Shown one piece after another: positions 42,200-55,516 of a stretch of DNA of 64,000 bases. Position numbers and translations under genes: made by a program. Below the pieces are notes generated by a model. That model worked only from the letters and a program-made list of their open reading frames with translations. It ran no database searches and was not told the origin of the DNA. Each line of letters opens with the position of its first letter. Positions within the stretch are counted from its first letter, which is position 1. Source of the DNA: the human T2T-CHM13v2.0 reference genome, Homo sapiens. Where the stretch lies: assembly GCF_009914755.1 (NCBI RefSeq), contig NC_060934.1; one strand, given 5' to 3'.

Positions 42200-43210
42200 G
42201 GGATTCTGCAGGCAGAGGCCTCTGCATCGGGTGCTGACCACAGCCCTGTGCCCACCAGCTGGTTCCGTAGTTTTCAGATTTTACAGGTTAAACGTGCTGA
42301 AAGCAGCACGGGCATACTTGTTCAGCTGAATTAGCTTCCACATGCTGAACATGCCCAGCCTGAGAGAATGATCTGGGCTGTGTGTGTGTGCATGGTCACG
42401 TGTGCACAGCAATGTGAGTGTTTATTCTTACTGGAATGTGAGCAAAGATGGGGAATATTTCTGCTTCTTGAAAATTCTGCATAAAACCTTCATCTGTGTT
42501 TCTGTTATTGCATAAAGTTGGGCACTCCATTTCTTGGAGTCAACGTTTAAAAGAAAAGACTAATAGCAGGAAATGCTGGTCTGTCTTCCTCCAGCTTTTA
42601 AATAATGTCCTCTACGTGCCGGTGTGGAAGTAGCCCGGATGCAATTGAATGAACAACAGACGGTGCTTTCCAGGACGGCGCTGTGCTTTCCAGGATGGTG
42701 CTGTGCTTTCATTCATTTGGGTAGCTCCTCTGTGAGCCTCCCAGCGCCGACTGCAGAGCCCCCACTCTCCAGCCTGCAAGACCCCGAAATTCAAGCCACA
42801 CAAAGAAAGGAGGAGGGGGCCGTTGGCATTTACTGAACCTTATAAAACTGTCAGCAAAACAGCCCTTAGGCTTGGACTCCCTGCTAGCCGGGTTTTACGG
42901 TGCTGAAGTCAGCATCTTGATTCAGCTGCATAAATAATCTCCTGCAGTCCTGCAAGGCCTGGGGTAGGAGAGGGTATGGGGACCAGGGCACTCTGTAAGG
43001 GCTGGGATAGGAACCCCAGGGAATAAGACAGACCAACTGCGGGACTTCAGACTCCACTGCAGCCGGGATCGGGTTGTTGTTAATTTCTTAAGCAATTTCT
43101 AAATTCTGTATTGACTCTCTCATGCATGTAACTGATCCTTAGATATTGTCAGCCAAATGACTAAAGGATTTAGAAATCTGATTGACTTTTGGAAATCTGA
43201 TTGACTGGCA
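42200..43210. promoter_or_regulatory. Candidate enhancer (MAF/MARE cluster with C/EBP, ETS and E-box motifs)
   Basis: Apparently repeat-free, CpG-retaining segment; near-perfect MARE TGCTGAAGTCAGCA at 42901-42914 plus additional TGCTGA/TCAGCA half-sites. Activity is inferred. Confidence 0.5.
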
Positions 43211-43655
43211 CACTCTCTCTGCCTCTTTCTTTCTCAACATTTTATTTCTAACTATAGTTTCTTCTGTTTTTTTTAGTTACCCTAAGCAGATCAGACATCT
43301 CACTTTCAAAAAATACCTTTCAAAACATACCTTTAAAAAATGACTTGCAAAAAAATACCTCACCTCCTCTTATTTTGGCAGTAGTGAGAGTAGTAGCCCC
43401 AATGCCAACCAGCATCTCGTCCCTGCCTCTACACCGTGCCCTGGCTGGGAAAAGTTCCATCCCACACATGAGCTGTGGGGTCTGGGCCAGGAGGAGCCAT
43501 TGCTCTCGCTTATGAAGAAGATAGAGCTGGATCAGTGAATGGTACCAGAGGCACACACCTCAGACCCCGCTCCAGTTCAGGTTCTGTTGCTCAGATCTAT
43601 CATTTTCTATTTAGTCTGTGCGACGGCCCCAAGTTTAGCAATCTAAAGCTTGCAT

Positions 43656-43983
43656 AGCCGGGCTCGGTGGCTCAACGCCTGTAATCCCAGCAACTTGGGA
43701 GGCCAAGGCGGGCAGATCACCTGAAGTCAGGAGTTTGAGACCAGCCTGGCCAACTTGATGAAACCCCATCTCTACTAAAAAATACAAAAATTAGCCGGTC
43801 ATGGTGGTGGGTACTTGTAATCTCAGCTACTTGGGAGGCTGGAGAATCACTTGAACCCAGAGGCGGAGGTTGCAGTGACCGGCGATTACGCCATTGCACT
43901 CCAGCCTGGGTGACAAGAGCGAAACTCCATCTCAAATAAATAAATGCATAAATAAATAAATAAATAAATAAATAAAGCCAGCC
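43656..43983 (+). mobile_element. AluSq/Sp-like
   Basis: gacaagagcgaaactcc, (TAAA)n tail, TSD agcttgcata. Confidence 0.96.
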
Positions 43984-46209
43984 AGCTTGCATAAAGAAAG
44001 TCACAGTTATAACTACATAAAGTAACAGGTCAGCATGCAGGGGTCCAAGATGCATTCTTGTTGCCGATAGAGTTGGTTCACACAGCTGCATGGAGGGTGC
44101 CCAGGAGGGGACGGTGGCTGCACCTCAATCCAGCTCCCTTCAATGGCACTGAGCCTTAGGAATGCAGTGTGGAACATGTAAGAAGTTTCTGCAGGTGGAG
44201 ACATGTTGTCTCTGGAATTAATTCAGACGAATGCTCTGTGACTTATTTGTTCCGACTGGGCCTTGCCATGGCCTCTGGGCCTTTGGTCTCCAATGTTTAC
44301 TTAACTTCCTGCCTTAAGCTCATGGCAGCCTTGACCCTATGTGGGACATGATTTCTAATGTTTTCTCCCTATCCTTTCAAGGGTAATCGGGATAAAAGGA
44401 GAACACCTGTGCCATTTAGACCCAGTAATCTCGGGGCGGGAGTGGTTACTTGGGGCAGTGGCGGGGGCCAGTCAGACACCAGGAAGGAAGGACAAGAAAA
44501 AAAAAACCTGTGACACATGCATAGAAATTACTCAGGGATCCTTCAAAGCAACACAGAAATACATATAAAGTAATCCTCTTTAAAAAGAATCGTAACCCTG
44601 GTTCTAAACTGAAGACTTATTCTGAAATATTCTGATGTCATAGTCTCAAAAACTGAAACTCTTGTAATTGGAAAATGTAATTATCTAGAGCTTTTGTGGC
44701 TTCTGTACATATCTCTCTGTTGCTAAACAGAGAATAATATAATTAATAAATGGTAAAAGGAATTTTTTTAATTTTACTTTTTTCTATTATGAATTTCCAC
44801 TTCTAATGATAGTGCATTGTCAAGTCAGGAGGATAAGGGTATCTTTGAGTCACGAAACTCAACATCAATTAAAAAGAATTTATTTCTTAATCTTCTCTGA
44901 AGTCAGGAGGTTCTATTTAGTGAAGTTCATGTCCTATCACATTTCAAAGAAATAAGTCTTACATGTGGAAAATATTCAAGCATATATGTATATATTCAGC
45001 TTTGAACTCCCAAAGAGCTGGCTGGAAATTATATTAATAGTAACTCCCAGCTGGGAGTCACTGGTAAGCTGGCTTCCAATTATTTAACACAATCGGATAA
45101 AATGCACAGTCCTACCTGCCCTAGCTTTGCTTGATGTGGTGCAAATAAAGTCTAGTTTCAAACTAACATATCACCATAGGAAATTGGCTTGTGGTTCTAC
45201 TGATTGCTCAGAAAAAAAAATTCTCTGAAACTTGCTTGATTAAAAATTCTGTCTCTGGAAATTGACTCCTGCATTAACTGAATTCACTTTAGGGATTGGT
45301 TGAAAGGTAGAAGTCTTCAGATTATTTATTAGAATACACTTTTGCAAAATAACACCGAATTGTTTTTGTTTTTCTGGTAGAATTCCAAGCTCAAAAACCT
45401 TTTAAAACACCCTGTGTTCAGGCAAGATAAAAAAAAAAGTGTTCTGATTGATCAACTTTTTTTGTGCTGTAGTTTCTGTAATCATAAATCTTATGTTTTG
45501 GATAATATCTGGGTACAGAGATTGAATCAGTGATGTATATTAATGGCAAGTAGGAGGATGGAGAAAGTATTTCAGATAATAATCCTGCTTTCCAGTGTGA
45601 AATCTACATAGCATTCTACTTCAGGCTAACCTGTGCTTTAAAATTGTGGTTTCACTGGAAGTGTACATATGAAACAAATCAGGAAAACTAATGTCTCTGA
45701 CTATGTATAGTTTACTCGGCTTCTGTGAGCAACAAGTTCATGTGTACTGCACCAGTTCCAGGACAGTCCTGGTTTTCACATCCTGACAGTTTTATTTTAT
45801 TGAGCCTGTAGCCCTAAGACAAGGCACAGGATTCATATAAATTTCAGGAAGTATCTCCAAAACATACTGTTTTTATCTGCCTTTCAAATGTTTTGGAGTT
45901 AGGCCATGTTGTGCAATTACATTTCTAAAAAATTCACAAGCTTTTTCTGCAGTTTCGTAGTCTAAATATTTTTTTTCACCAAATGTATCTTGCATGCAAT
46001 ACACTTGTTCCCGTTTTAAAATACCATCCTTCAGAAAGCACACATGGCCAGCCAGTCAATTGCACTCTCTAATGTAAATCTTTTGCTTGTGCCAGAGACC
46101 AGAGATTCTCTGATTGTTCACTGAAAGCCACATGCACTGAACGGTGTTTGGCAACAGCTAACTTAGGCACAGGCAAACCGTCAGCCTGATAAGGCTGACA
46201 TTTCCTGAG

Positions 46210-46633
<424 letters not shown>

Positions 46634-46737
46634 TGACTAATATTTTTATTTTTTGTAGAGATGGGGTCTTTCCATGTTGTCCAGGCTCGTCTGGAACTCT
46701 TAGCCGCAAGTGATCCTCCCACCTCAGTATCTCAAAG

Positions 46738-48010
46738 TCTTACTGGTGACAGAGATCCAAGTTACCCTGAGTTACTGGCGGCCTATCCCTACAGGTCCGT
46801 AGCAACTTCAGTCCTCGCCTCTTCAGAAGAAAGAATTTGTCTGAGGGGCATAAAGCAGAAAAAGGGGCCAAGGCAAGTTTCAGAGCAGGAGTGGAAGTTT
46901 ATTTTAAAAGGCTTTAGAACAGGAAAGAACAGAAAATTGGCTTGGAAGAGACCCAAATGGGCGCCTGAAGGTCCAAGAGAGAAAAGATGATTTCCCATGA
47001 TTCTTCCCTTAGGCTGGGCTTCCCGTATGCATAGCGCTTTCCTTACCCCTAGGAACTAAGCATGTGCAGTGTGTTTAGGAAACTGTACCCATGCCCATGT
47101 GATGCTTTCTTCTTTTTTTCTGGTGGAGTGTGCTCCCAGAAATCATACCTCACCAATTTTTGTCTCTTAATGTGCATGCCAAGGAGTTGCTTCTCCCTGG
47201 GGTCTGCATTCAATTAATATTTTGATGTTAACAGGTGTGGACCATCAGGAAATGGCTTCTCCCTGGTGCTGCTGAATTGTCCTTTTTAGAGAGTGTGAGA
47301 AAGAAGCTCACTCATCCAAACCCAAAGAATGGACTCAGAGACCTGGAGAACAGCGAAAGGGAGACTTTTAATGATGGTCTTGCAAGATTGGGTGTCTGAT
47401 AGGCAGGCACACCCAGCACAGTTTCAACAAGCAATTTATTCCCTAGTACACAGGTCCCTCCTCAGGTTCCTCATAGGCTGGGTACTGTGGGGTCACAGTC
47501 TTCCCGGACATTGCCATTGATTGCTGAGTAGGAGCTTCAGGTGATTTTTTTTTTTTTAGGGTTGTCTTGTTGTGTTTTGTTGCAGCCCACAATGCATTGC
47601 AATCCTAGTCAGCTCAGGGGTTCTTCAAGTATTTGACTGATGACCTAAGTAGCTGGGCAGGCTGATAAGAACAAACAAAACAAGCTATTTTGTAAGGTAG
47701 TCAACTTTCATCTTAGACTAAACTTCCTTGTTTCGGGTGAGGGCAACTAGGAGCGGGGGAAGGCAGGGAAGCAGGGGAGGCTGACAAGCAAGCATTGGCT
47801 ATTCAAGCAGGGCAAGCAGGGGCCTAGTACATCCTGTCTCTTATGTAGTTTGCTGACCTAAGCCAATTCAAGGCACTTTATCTTGGAAATGGACCTCTGT
47901 ATACATGATTTCCTTCAGAGAGACAATGTGATAATTGCTAAACCACCAACCGACATTCCTAGTGGGTAGGGGGAGAGCCTGCCCCACTCATGGCCTATCT
48001 ACCCATAACA
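46738..48010 (-). mobile_element. ERV1 solo LTR (LTR9/MER50 group), interrupted
   Basis: cagaagaaagaatt...ctgaggggcataa...ggcaagttt...agtttatt; ends acccataaca; continuous across the inner insertion. Confidence 0.8.
47294..47917 (-). mobile_element. ERVL-class solo LTR (LTR66-like)
   Basis: TG...CA termini (tgtgagaaag...ttccttca) with perfect 5-bp TSD gagag; family name from memory. Confidence 0.75.
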
Positions 48011-49371
48011 AGGGTGCTGGGATTATAGCTGTGAGTCTTTACACCTGGCGCTTATGTGAATCTTGGTGCCAAGAAACACGAATGAGACCTCAGCACAGGT
48101 TTTCAGCAGGCTCTCCCAGTTCCACCTTTTCTCCAGACTACGTTGATATTGACACTCGCTTAGAGGCCATGCCTCTCATTTAAGCTGTTCCTGTTTGCTT
48201 TCCATTACATACAATTGAAGATGCTTTGGCTGATATAATAATATACTCTCCAGCTCTCATTTGCCTCATTTAGATTTGTCTCATTTAGATTATTGACTAC
48301 ATTCTTTTGTCTTCGGTTTCTTCATTCCTCCTCCATTTCCTTCAGTTTGCTTCTAATACTTGGATTTCTCATCACTTCTCAGTCTTTTGGCTAACGTCAA
48401 GTGGAGTATAGCCAGACTTCTCTCTTTTCTTCATCTGTTCCTTCCTGTGAATACTTTTCTTCTCCCTAGACTTGCTCCATGTTTTCTAGGTTTTTTCATA
48501 TCAACCTCCTGCCTCCACCCCACACCCTGTGGAATGATGGGCATTCTCTGATAAAAAAATAAAAACACTTATGAAAACAGGGAATTATAATCTTCCTTAA
48601 CATCCGAGCACTCGGCTTGATCTTGGGTCTTCTTATGGCTGATTGCTCTTCCTGACTGCGATTTTAAAAACATTTTGGTAATGAATTTTCCGGTTGGTTA
48701 GATTACAGATTAATAGCAGTTTATGCTAAAATTTCAATTTTCTAAGTGGAAAATGAGGTACCGATGGGATAAGAATCCTCTCTGAGTTTGTACAAATCAT
48801 CAGTATTGGCAGATAAAATAAAATTTCAGGCGTTGTATTATCTCAACTGAATTACCATTCCTAATGGTTCCTAACCTTTGGAGAGAAAGCACTTTGTGTA
48901 TTATCTGAGAACATGTGTAAGGCAGGGAAGAAATCCCATGCAATTCCAAGGTGGGGGTGGGTGTCGGGGTGGTGATGCTGGTAGAAAATGTTCTGACCAG
49001 TGGACTGCAAGGGGTGGTTGGTAATCCCTCCTATAAATCCCAGCAGACTCAAGGCAAGGTCCAGGTAGGGAGAGGCTGCATGTACAGTAGAGGCTGTCCT
49101 TTAGAGATCTGGGTCAGGCTTTGGGGCACTGACAGACGCCTATGTAATGGTTAACCCCCCATTCCAGGATATGTCACTTAGCTCAATATTTTGCATACCT
49201 GTGTGAACTAAAGACTAGGCCCAAAGCACAAGTGGTATAACAATAGTGTTCAATGATTCAACAAATTCTTTGGAGAACTCAACAAGTTATGAGTTATGCT
49301 ATACAGAGCTTATGGTCTACAGGATAGACAGACATTGTTTTAGACAGAAATAATTGTCTTCAAAAACAGGG

Positions 49372-49590
49372 GGAGGCAGTGTAATATGGAGGTTCCTGGG
49401 TTCAGATTGTAGCTCCACCCCTCACTAGCAATATGTCCTGAAGCAAGTTCCTCAACATCCTGAGCTTCAGTTTTCCCATCTTTAAAATGGGTTTGACACT
49501 AGTCCCTCCAGGTAGAGCTGTCTGGTCACAGAATGAAATCCTACACAGATAGCAACATCTGGCTTAGCATAGCCTCAGTGAATGTTCACT
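49372..49590 (+). mobile_element. MIR SINE
   Basis: gcaagttcctcaacatcctgagcttcagttttcccatctttaaaatggg. Confidence 0.75.
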
Positions 49591-49925
49591 CCTGTGAGTA
49601 AGGGATTGTCTGTAAATGGTAATACCCTGATCAATACATATTTGCTTCTCTCCTTTTGCTCTTAGTCATTTGAATTTTGCCCAATATAGTCTATCACTAG
49701 TACCCAAGAGGAAGAGAGATTGACTGATTAAACTATTTTTCTGGGTAACACATTGGTAGAGCTGATCAGGAAAGAATAGTTTACACATAGACAGTAATTT
49801 ATTTCTAGTTACATAGACTGCATTAGTCGTTTACAGCCTTTGCTTCTCATTTAACTCATCTTGGAACAGAATGCCGTGGGCTTCAGATGGCTCTGGGAAA
49901 GTTTTGCGGGGAGTTGAACACTGGG

Positions 49926-50093
<168 letters not shown>

Positions 50094-50281
50094 TCAAAAG
50101 GAAAGATGAGTCTGAAATATTTCTTTGTGATCAAATCTGTGTCCATATGCACCCATCCCTTACTTGCAGATACTCTCTGTTGGTTCCTCACCTTAAGATC
50201 AACCAGAAGTCTCGGGGGCAACACATTCTTCTTGGGAAGGGAGGAGGAGTAATAAATCCTTACTGTATGCCAGGCAGTTTC

Positions 50282-50742
50282 TTTTTTTCTTTTACTGTAG
50301 TGAAATGTACATCCATACAATTGACCATTTTAGCCTTTTTAAGTGTACAATTCAGTGATATTAAGAACATTCACATTGTTATGCAACATCACCACCATCC
50401 ATTTGCACAACTTTTGCATCATTCCAAACTGAAACTCTGTCCCCATGAAGCACTGACTCCTCCCCTTCCCTCTACCCCAGCCCCTGGCTACCACCGTTTG
50501 ATATTCTGTTTCTATGAATTTGACTACACTAGGACCCTAATACAGGTGGAATCATGCAGTATTTGTCCTTATTTCAATGAACATAACGTCCCCAAGGTTC
50601 ATCTGTCTTGAAGAAGGTGTCAGAATTTTCTTCCTTTTTAAGACTCTATAATATTCCATTGTATGTATATACCACAGTATGCCATATTTTGTTTAACCAT
50701 CTATTGATGGACATTTGGGTTGATTCTATCTTTTGGCTATTA
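50282..50742 (-). mobile_element. L1MB 3' end
   Basis: aagtgtacaattcagtg...cattcacattgttatgcaac...gatggacatttgggttg. Confidence 0.88.
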
Positions 50743-51202
50743 TTTATTTCTTAAAACAATATATATGCTTATTATCATTTTATAGATGACAAACAGACTC
50801 AGATGACCTGCTTGTTCAACATTATACTGTTAATACCAAAAACTATGTCAGTCACCATTTGATGCCAAAGCCCCCTTTCTCCCCACTACACTGCACTTCC
50901 TTATTCAGTCCACTCCAGACCTTTCCTAATGCCTACTCTCTGGGAACCCTGGACTATGCCCTGAAGCACTAACCCTAATCCACTTCATGGAAAGGTGTTA
51001 AGATGTTAATATTTCCAGCGTTAACTTTGCTTGTGCACAAGCAAAACCAACCTTTCACTTACAGTTGTCAGAGAGAAGTGTCCTAGTTTTCTATCTGATT
51101 CATTTATTCATCCATTCAGCAAACGTTGTATATATACTAAGGCTACAGGAATGAATAAGACATGACCTCCATCCCTAAGTGGCTCACAGTCCAGTGGACA
51201 CC

Positions 51203-51389
51203 CAGAGTTTCTCAATCTCAGCACTACTGACGTTTGAGCTGGATCATTCCTTGTCCTGAGGAGCTGTCTGTGCATTGTAAAATGCTGAGCAGGATCCTAG
51301 GCCTTGGCATAGTTGTGAGAATCAAAAGTGTCTCTAAATATTGCCAAATGTCCTCCGGGGGGCAAACTCCCCCCATTTGAGAATCCGTG
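51203..51389 (-). mobile_element. MER20 (hAT-Charlie) inserted in an L2 relic
   Basis: cagagtttctcaatctcagcacta...ttgccaaatgtcc...ggggggcaaa...ttgagaa; antisense L2 tail just upstream (about 51097-51200). Confidence 0.88.
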
Positions 51390-51660
51390 AGTGGAGAGTA
51401 CTAATAAACAAGTCAGCTCGGATATCTCACAAGACGTGCGCAAGGAGAGATATGTGGGTTGGGAGCCCAGAGAGTTTGCCTTTAGCGAGCTTGGTGGGTC
51501 AGGAAAGGCTTCTGGAAGGAGCCTCAGCAAATCTTATTTGGTTCCCAGCAAGCAAATGGAGAACACACTGTAAATAAGTTTACTGCCATTCATGTGTGTC
51601 CTTCCACCATCTGCTGAGCTGCGTTTTAATACATATTCACTGTCCATTCCATCTTAGCCT

Positions 51661-52713
51661 TGAGAAATAAAATTCTACACCCCCGACCAACTCAATGGTC
51701 CCCCTCTTGGCCAAAGGGATCCCAGAGAGATCTTGAAAACTGAGTTCCCAGCCATGATGGGATGGGTGGTTGGACACACCTCATTATACCCTCCACCACC
51801 AGGCGTTCTTTCTTAAAGGCTGACCAGAAAGCAGCCATTTGCAAAGACTCCACTCCTGACTTCAACCAAGTGGCAGATGCTGTGCCTCTCTTTTTGCAAT
51901 TTTGACACAACTGACCAGCACTGCTTCCTGATAAGAGACCATTGACCACAGAGTGGTTCTGGCCAGTCTACAGAGGATGCCCAGTGATGTGGATTGGCTG
52001 TGTCCTCACCAAAATCTCAACTTGAATTGTATCGCCCAGAATTCCCACATGTTGTAGGAGGGACCAGGGGGAGGCAATTGAGTCATGGGGGCCAGTCTTT
52101 CCCATGCTGCTCCCGTGATGGTGAATGAGTCTCATGAGATCTGATGGGTTTATTGGGTGTTTCCACTTTTGCTTCTTCATTTTCTCTTGCTGCTGCCATG
52201 TAAGAAGTGTCTTTCACCTCCTACCGTGATTCTGAGGCCTCCCCAGCCATGTGGGACTGTAAGTCCAATTCAACCACTTTTTCTTCCCATTCTCAGGTAT
52301 GTCTTTATTAGCAGCGTGAAAACAGACTAATACACCCAGTGAGGGTTTTTGTGCCCTCTGCTTCACCTTTTAAAGGCAGAGGGCTGAAAATTCCACCCTC
52401 AGATTGTGGTAATGCTGCCATGTTTTGAACATATGACTCATGAAGAGGCATGAAGCTCAATTGTGTGTGCATGTTTCTCCTTTCATGCGTACTCATGCTC
52501 CTCCTATGGCTTATTGAAGATGGAGATTGGCCCACCCCATGCAGCATAAATCCCTTTCTTATTCTTTCCACTCTGGACATGCCTGCTCTGGTCTTCTAAC
52601 CAGAGGCTCTGCTTCCCAGCCTGTCAGAATGGCCACCCCACAGGCTGCAGCCCTTCGTGAGAAATAAAGCTCTCCTTTCCAAATTTATGAACTTTGTCAT
52701 CCTTCAGTTGACG
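51661..52713 (+). mobile_element. MER39-like ERV1 solo LTR, interrupted by THE1
   Basis: tgagaaataaaa...ccccctcttggccaaaggg...gagaaataaagctctcc...cagttgac; 4-bp TSD gcct. Confidence 0.82.
51985..52334 (+). mobile_element. THE1A-like solo LTR nested in MER39
   Basis: tgatgtggattggctgtgtcc...cagactaataca; perfect TSD cccag. Confidence 0.93.
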
Positions 52714-52717
52714 GCCT

Positions 52718-53536
52718 CTATGTTCTAACACCAAATCTCTGGGCACTAACTGGGTGTCCTGCAATTCATTTCATTCTGACACTAACTACTTGGAGTTAGT
52801 GTAGACCCCCCGAGTGATGGGCACAGTCCTACAAGACCGTCCCCACTTTAGATACCAGAAGCAACTGTCAGTCCCCAAAGTACCCCCACTTCGGCCGCCT
52901 TGGCTACAGATTTGGAGGTTCCCATGACCCCCACTTCAGACTTGATGATTTGCTAGAGCAACCCACAGAGCTCACTGAAAGTGCTGTGCTGACAACTACG
53001 GTTTGATTGCAAATGCTAGAGCTCAGGGACAACCAAGTGAAAGACAAGCATTGGGCAGAGTCCAGGGCAAGGGAGGCGTGCAGGACCCTCTGCCCCAACT
53101 CTGGCTGGAGCCAGGGTGCACCACCCTCCAACATGGATACGTTTCCCACAGGGAGCCCCCCAAGCCCCATTATTCAGGGTTTTTATGGAGGTTTCATTAT
53201 GCAGGCATGATTAATTAAATTATTGTCCATTGGTGACTAAACTCAGTCTCCAGCTCTTCTCCCCTCCCCTGAGGTCAGGGAGTGGTACTGAGAGTTCCAA
53301 ACCTTTAATCTCATGTTGGATTTTTCTGACATGACCAAGCCTTCCCTTGAAAGTATCTAAGAACCACTGAGTCACCTCATTAGCATAAACTCATATATAA
53401 TCTGGTGACAAGGGCTTGTTACGAGTGACAAAAGACCTTCTATCACTCAGGAAATGCCAAGCGTTTTCGAAGCCCTGTGCCAGGAATCAGGGACAAAGAT
53501 AAAATATGTTTTTTTTTTTTTTTTAATTATATCACA
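52718..53536 (-). mobile_element. MER21-family LTR
   Basis: ctgggtgtcctgcaattca...ctgacacta...atcactcaggaaat...ttatatcaca. Confidence 0.85.
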
Positions 53537-54139
53537 GCCCTGGACTAAAGAAAACCCATGTTCTTCTTGCAAATCAAGATTCTAAAGAAAGCAGTGGCAG
53601 TTGAAGCCACAGGGAGTATGTTATCCAAGCAGGTGCCATGGCCTTATTTATGTACTAAGCAACCCTGCTCTGAGCTGCCTCTGTGCTGGCTGGATGGTTT
53701 CAATTACTCACGGCCTTGGACTTTCAAGGAAGCATGTCCCTTAATTGGGTGTAGTTCTTCTATTGCCTGAACATCTTCTCTGTCTAGTGATCAGGGAGTA
53801 ACGAATGCAATGTTAATAGATTATTTTTCTTCTAGATACAAACAGTCATTGCATTCATGTTTTGCTTTCAGATTTGCTTGAAGAAAGTAACAGCTAGAAC
53901 ATCAAAAGGGATTTCTTAAGATATTTTTGTGAATCCAGTGAAATAGAGTGATCAATTGGTTATAGAAATTAATTCAGTGACTAAAACAGGTCAGAAGATG
54001 CCAGGGGAGAGGGTGTGGAGTGCCCCAGGGGTGGTCCATTTAGTAGCCATATGGTTCTGGGCATATTGAAACTCTCTGAGCTTCATCTCTGTCTGTAAAC
54101 TAATACCACAAAGAGTTGTTGGAAGGATTAGCTGAAATA

Positions 54140-54460
54140 ATATCCATCCTCCTTGACTTGTCCTTCTGTGGAAGAAAGAATCAGACAATCCTGCAGGATC
54201 TGTCCTTGGCCTCTTCCTTCCCTTCTCTCTTTCCTCTGAGAACCATCTTTTCCTCAGCTCCTCGGCTATCACCTCTGCTAATGATGCTCACTTCTGCTTC
54301 TAGCTCCTCCCTGCAGCCTTGGGCTCCTGTCTACAGCAGCCCAAGGCAATTCCACTTGGTCACCCCGATAAGTCTCCATCATCCAAATGGCTGGGACCAC
54401 ATTCAACTCCTCTTTCTCCTCAGCCAGCATCTGTCCACACTTCCCTGTTTCTAGCCTTTC
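54140..54460 (+). mobile_element. L2 fragment
   Basis: caggatctgtccttggcctcttcc...tgctaatgatgctcac resembles the L2 RT QGSVLGPLL...ADD region. Confidence 0.5.
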
Positions 54461-55149
54461 TTCTTCCGGACACTCAAGAGTGAGCCTCTCCTATGAGGTG
54501 GGCACTCAGCATGGGGGAGTAAGGAGTAGAAATATGTAATCCTTGTCTTCAAATGACTTATAGTTCAGAAGCAGATAGAAAAACCAACTAAAGAATTATA
54601 GGAAAGAGGTATAGACGTGAATGCATGCTTTCTGCTAGCAAGGACAGATAACATTTAAAGGAGGAAGACAGCAAAAAGGAGAGACTGCTTTGTTCATCCG
54701 TAAGAACACATCTTGTTAGACTGGAAAGAGAACAAAACCAGAGTTAGCCAGGCTGAAGGCTCTGGCCAGGATACATGGAGTTGTAGCCAGGAATCTGGTT
54801 GTATGCATTACAGGAATATAAAGAGTTCTGGACTAAAGCTAAGCTCTTTGCCTGAGGTAAGGGCCAGCATGGGACCCTCCACCCTAGAGAACCTGAAGTC
54901 AGGTGGGTTAGTGGTACCATGGGGGCCCATGATTCACCAGCTCAGAGTCTGGCTGATTACTTTTGAGATGGATGGGCTTAGCCCAGGAGTCCATGGGATC
55001 CCTCCATTGTTTAGAAGGCAAGGCAGGAGCCTCAACTGACTCTACAGTTCTAATAGGAGAAAAACAGAGAGGCAGAGACAGACAAACACACAGGCACACA
55101 CACACAGTAAAAAGAGAGAGAGAGGCAGAGACAAAGAGAGGAGGTCACC

Positions 55150-55516
55150 TATATTAGTCTGTTTTCATGCTGCTGATAGATGTACCTAAGACTGGGTAAT
55201 TATAAAGGAAAGAGGTTTAACTGGCTCACAGTTCCACATGGCTGGGGAAGCCTAACAATTATGTTGGCAGACAAGGAGGAGCAAAGTCACATCTTACATG
55301 GCAGCAGGCAAGAGAGACTGAGAGCCAAGCGAAAGGGGAAACCCCTCATAAAACCATCAGATTTCGTGAGACTTATTCACTACCATGAGAACAGTATGGG
55401 GGAGACCCCACCCCCATGATTCAATTATCTCCACAGGCCCCTCCCACAACATGTGGGAATTATGGGAACTACAATTCAAGATGAGATTTGGGTGAGGACA
55501 CAGCCAAACCATATCA
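55150..55516 (-). mobile_element. THE1 (B/C-like) solo LTR
   Basis: tattagtctgttttcatgctgctgata...cagccaaaccatatca; TSD tca(c/a)c. Confidence 0.93.

Noticed and set aside
42311-42356. Possible p53/p63 response element (GAACATGCCC)
   Set aside because: Only one consensus half-site; the neighbouring CATG is 9 rather than 10 bp away.
42600-43120. Assigning this segment to a named disease-associated enhancer or gene from memory
   Set aside because: I could not verify any assignment from the sequence, so no locus or gene symbol is given; a BLAT search would settle it.
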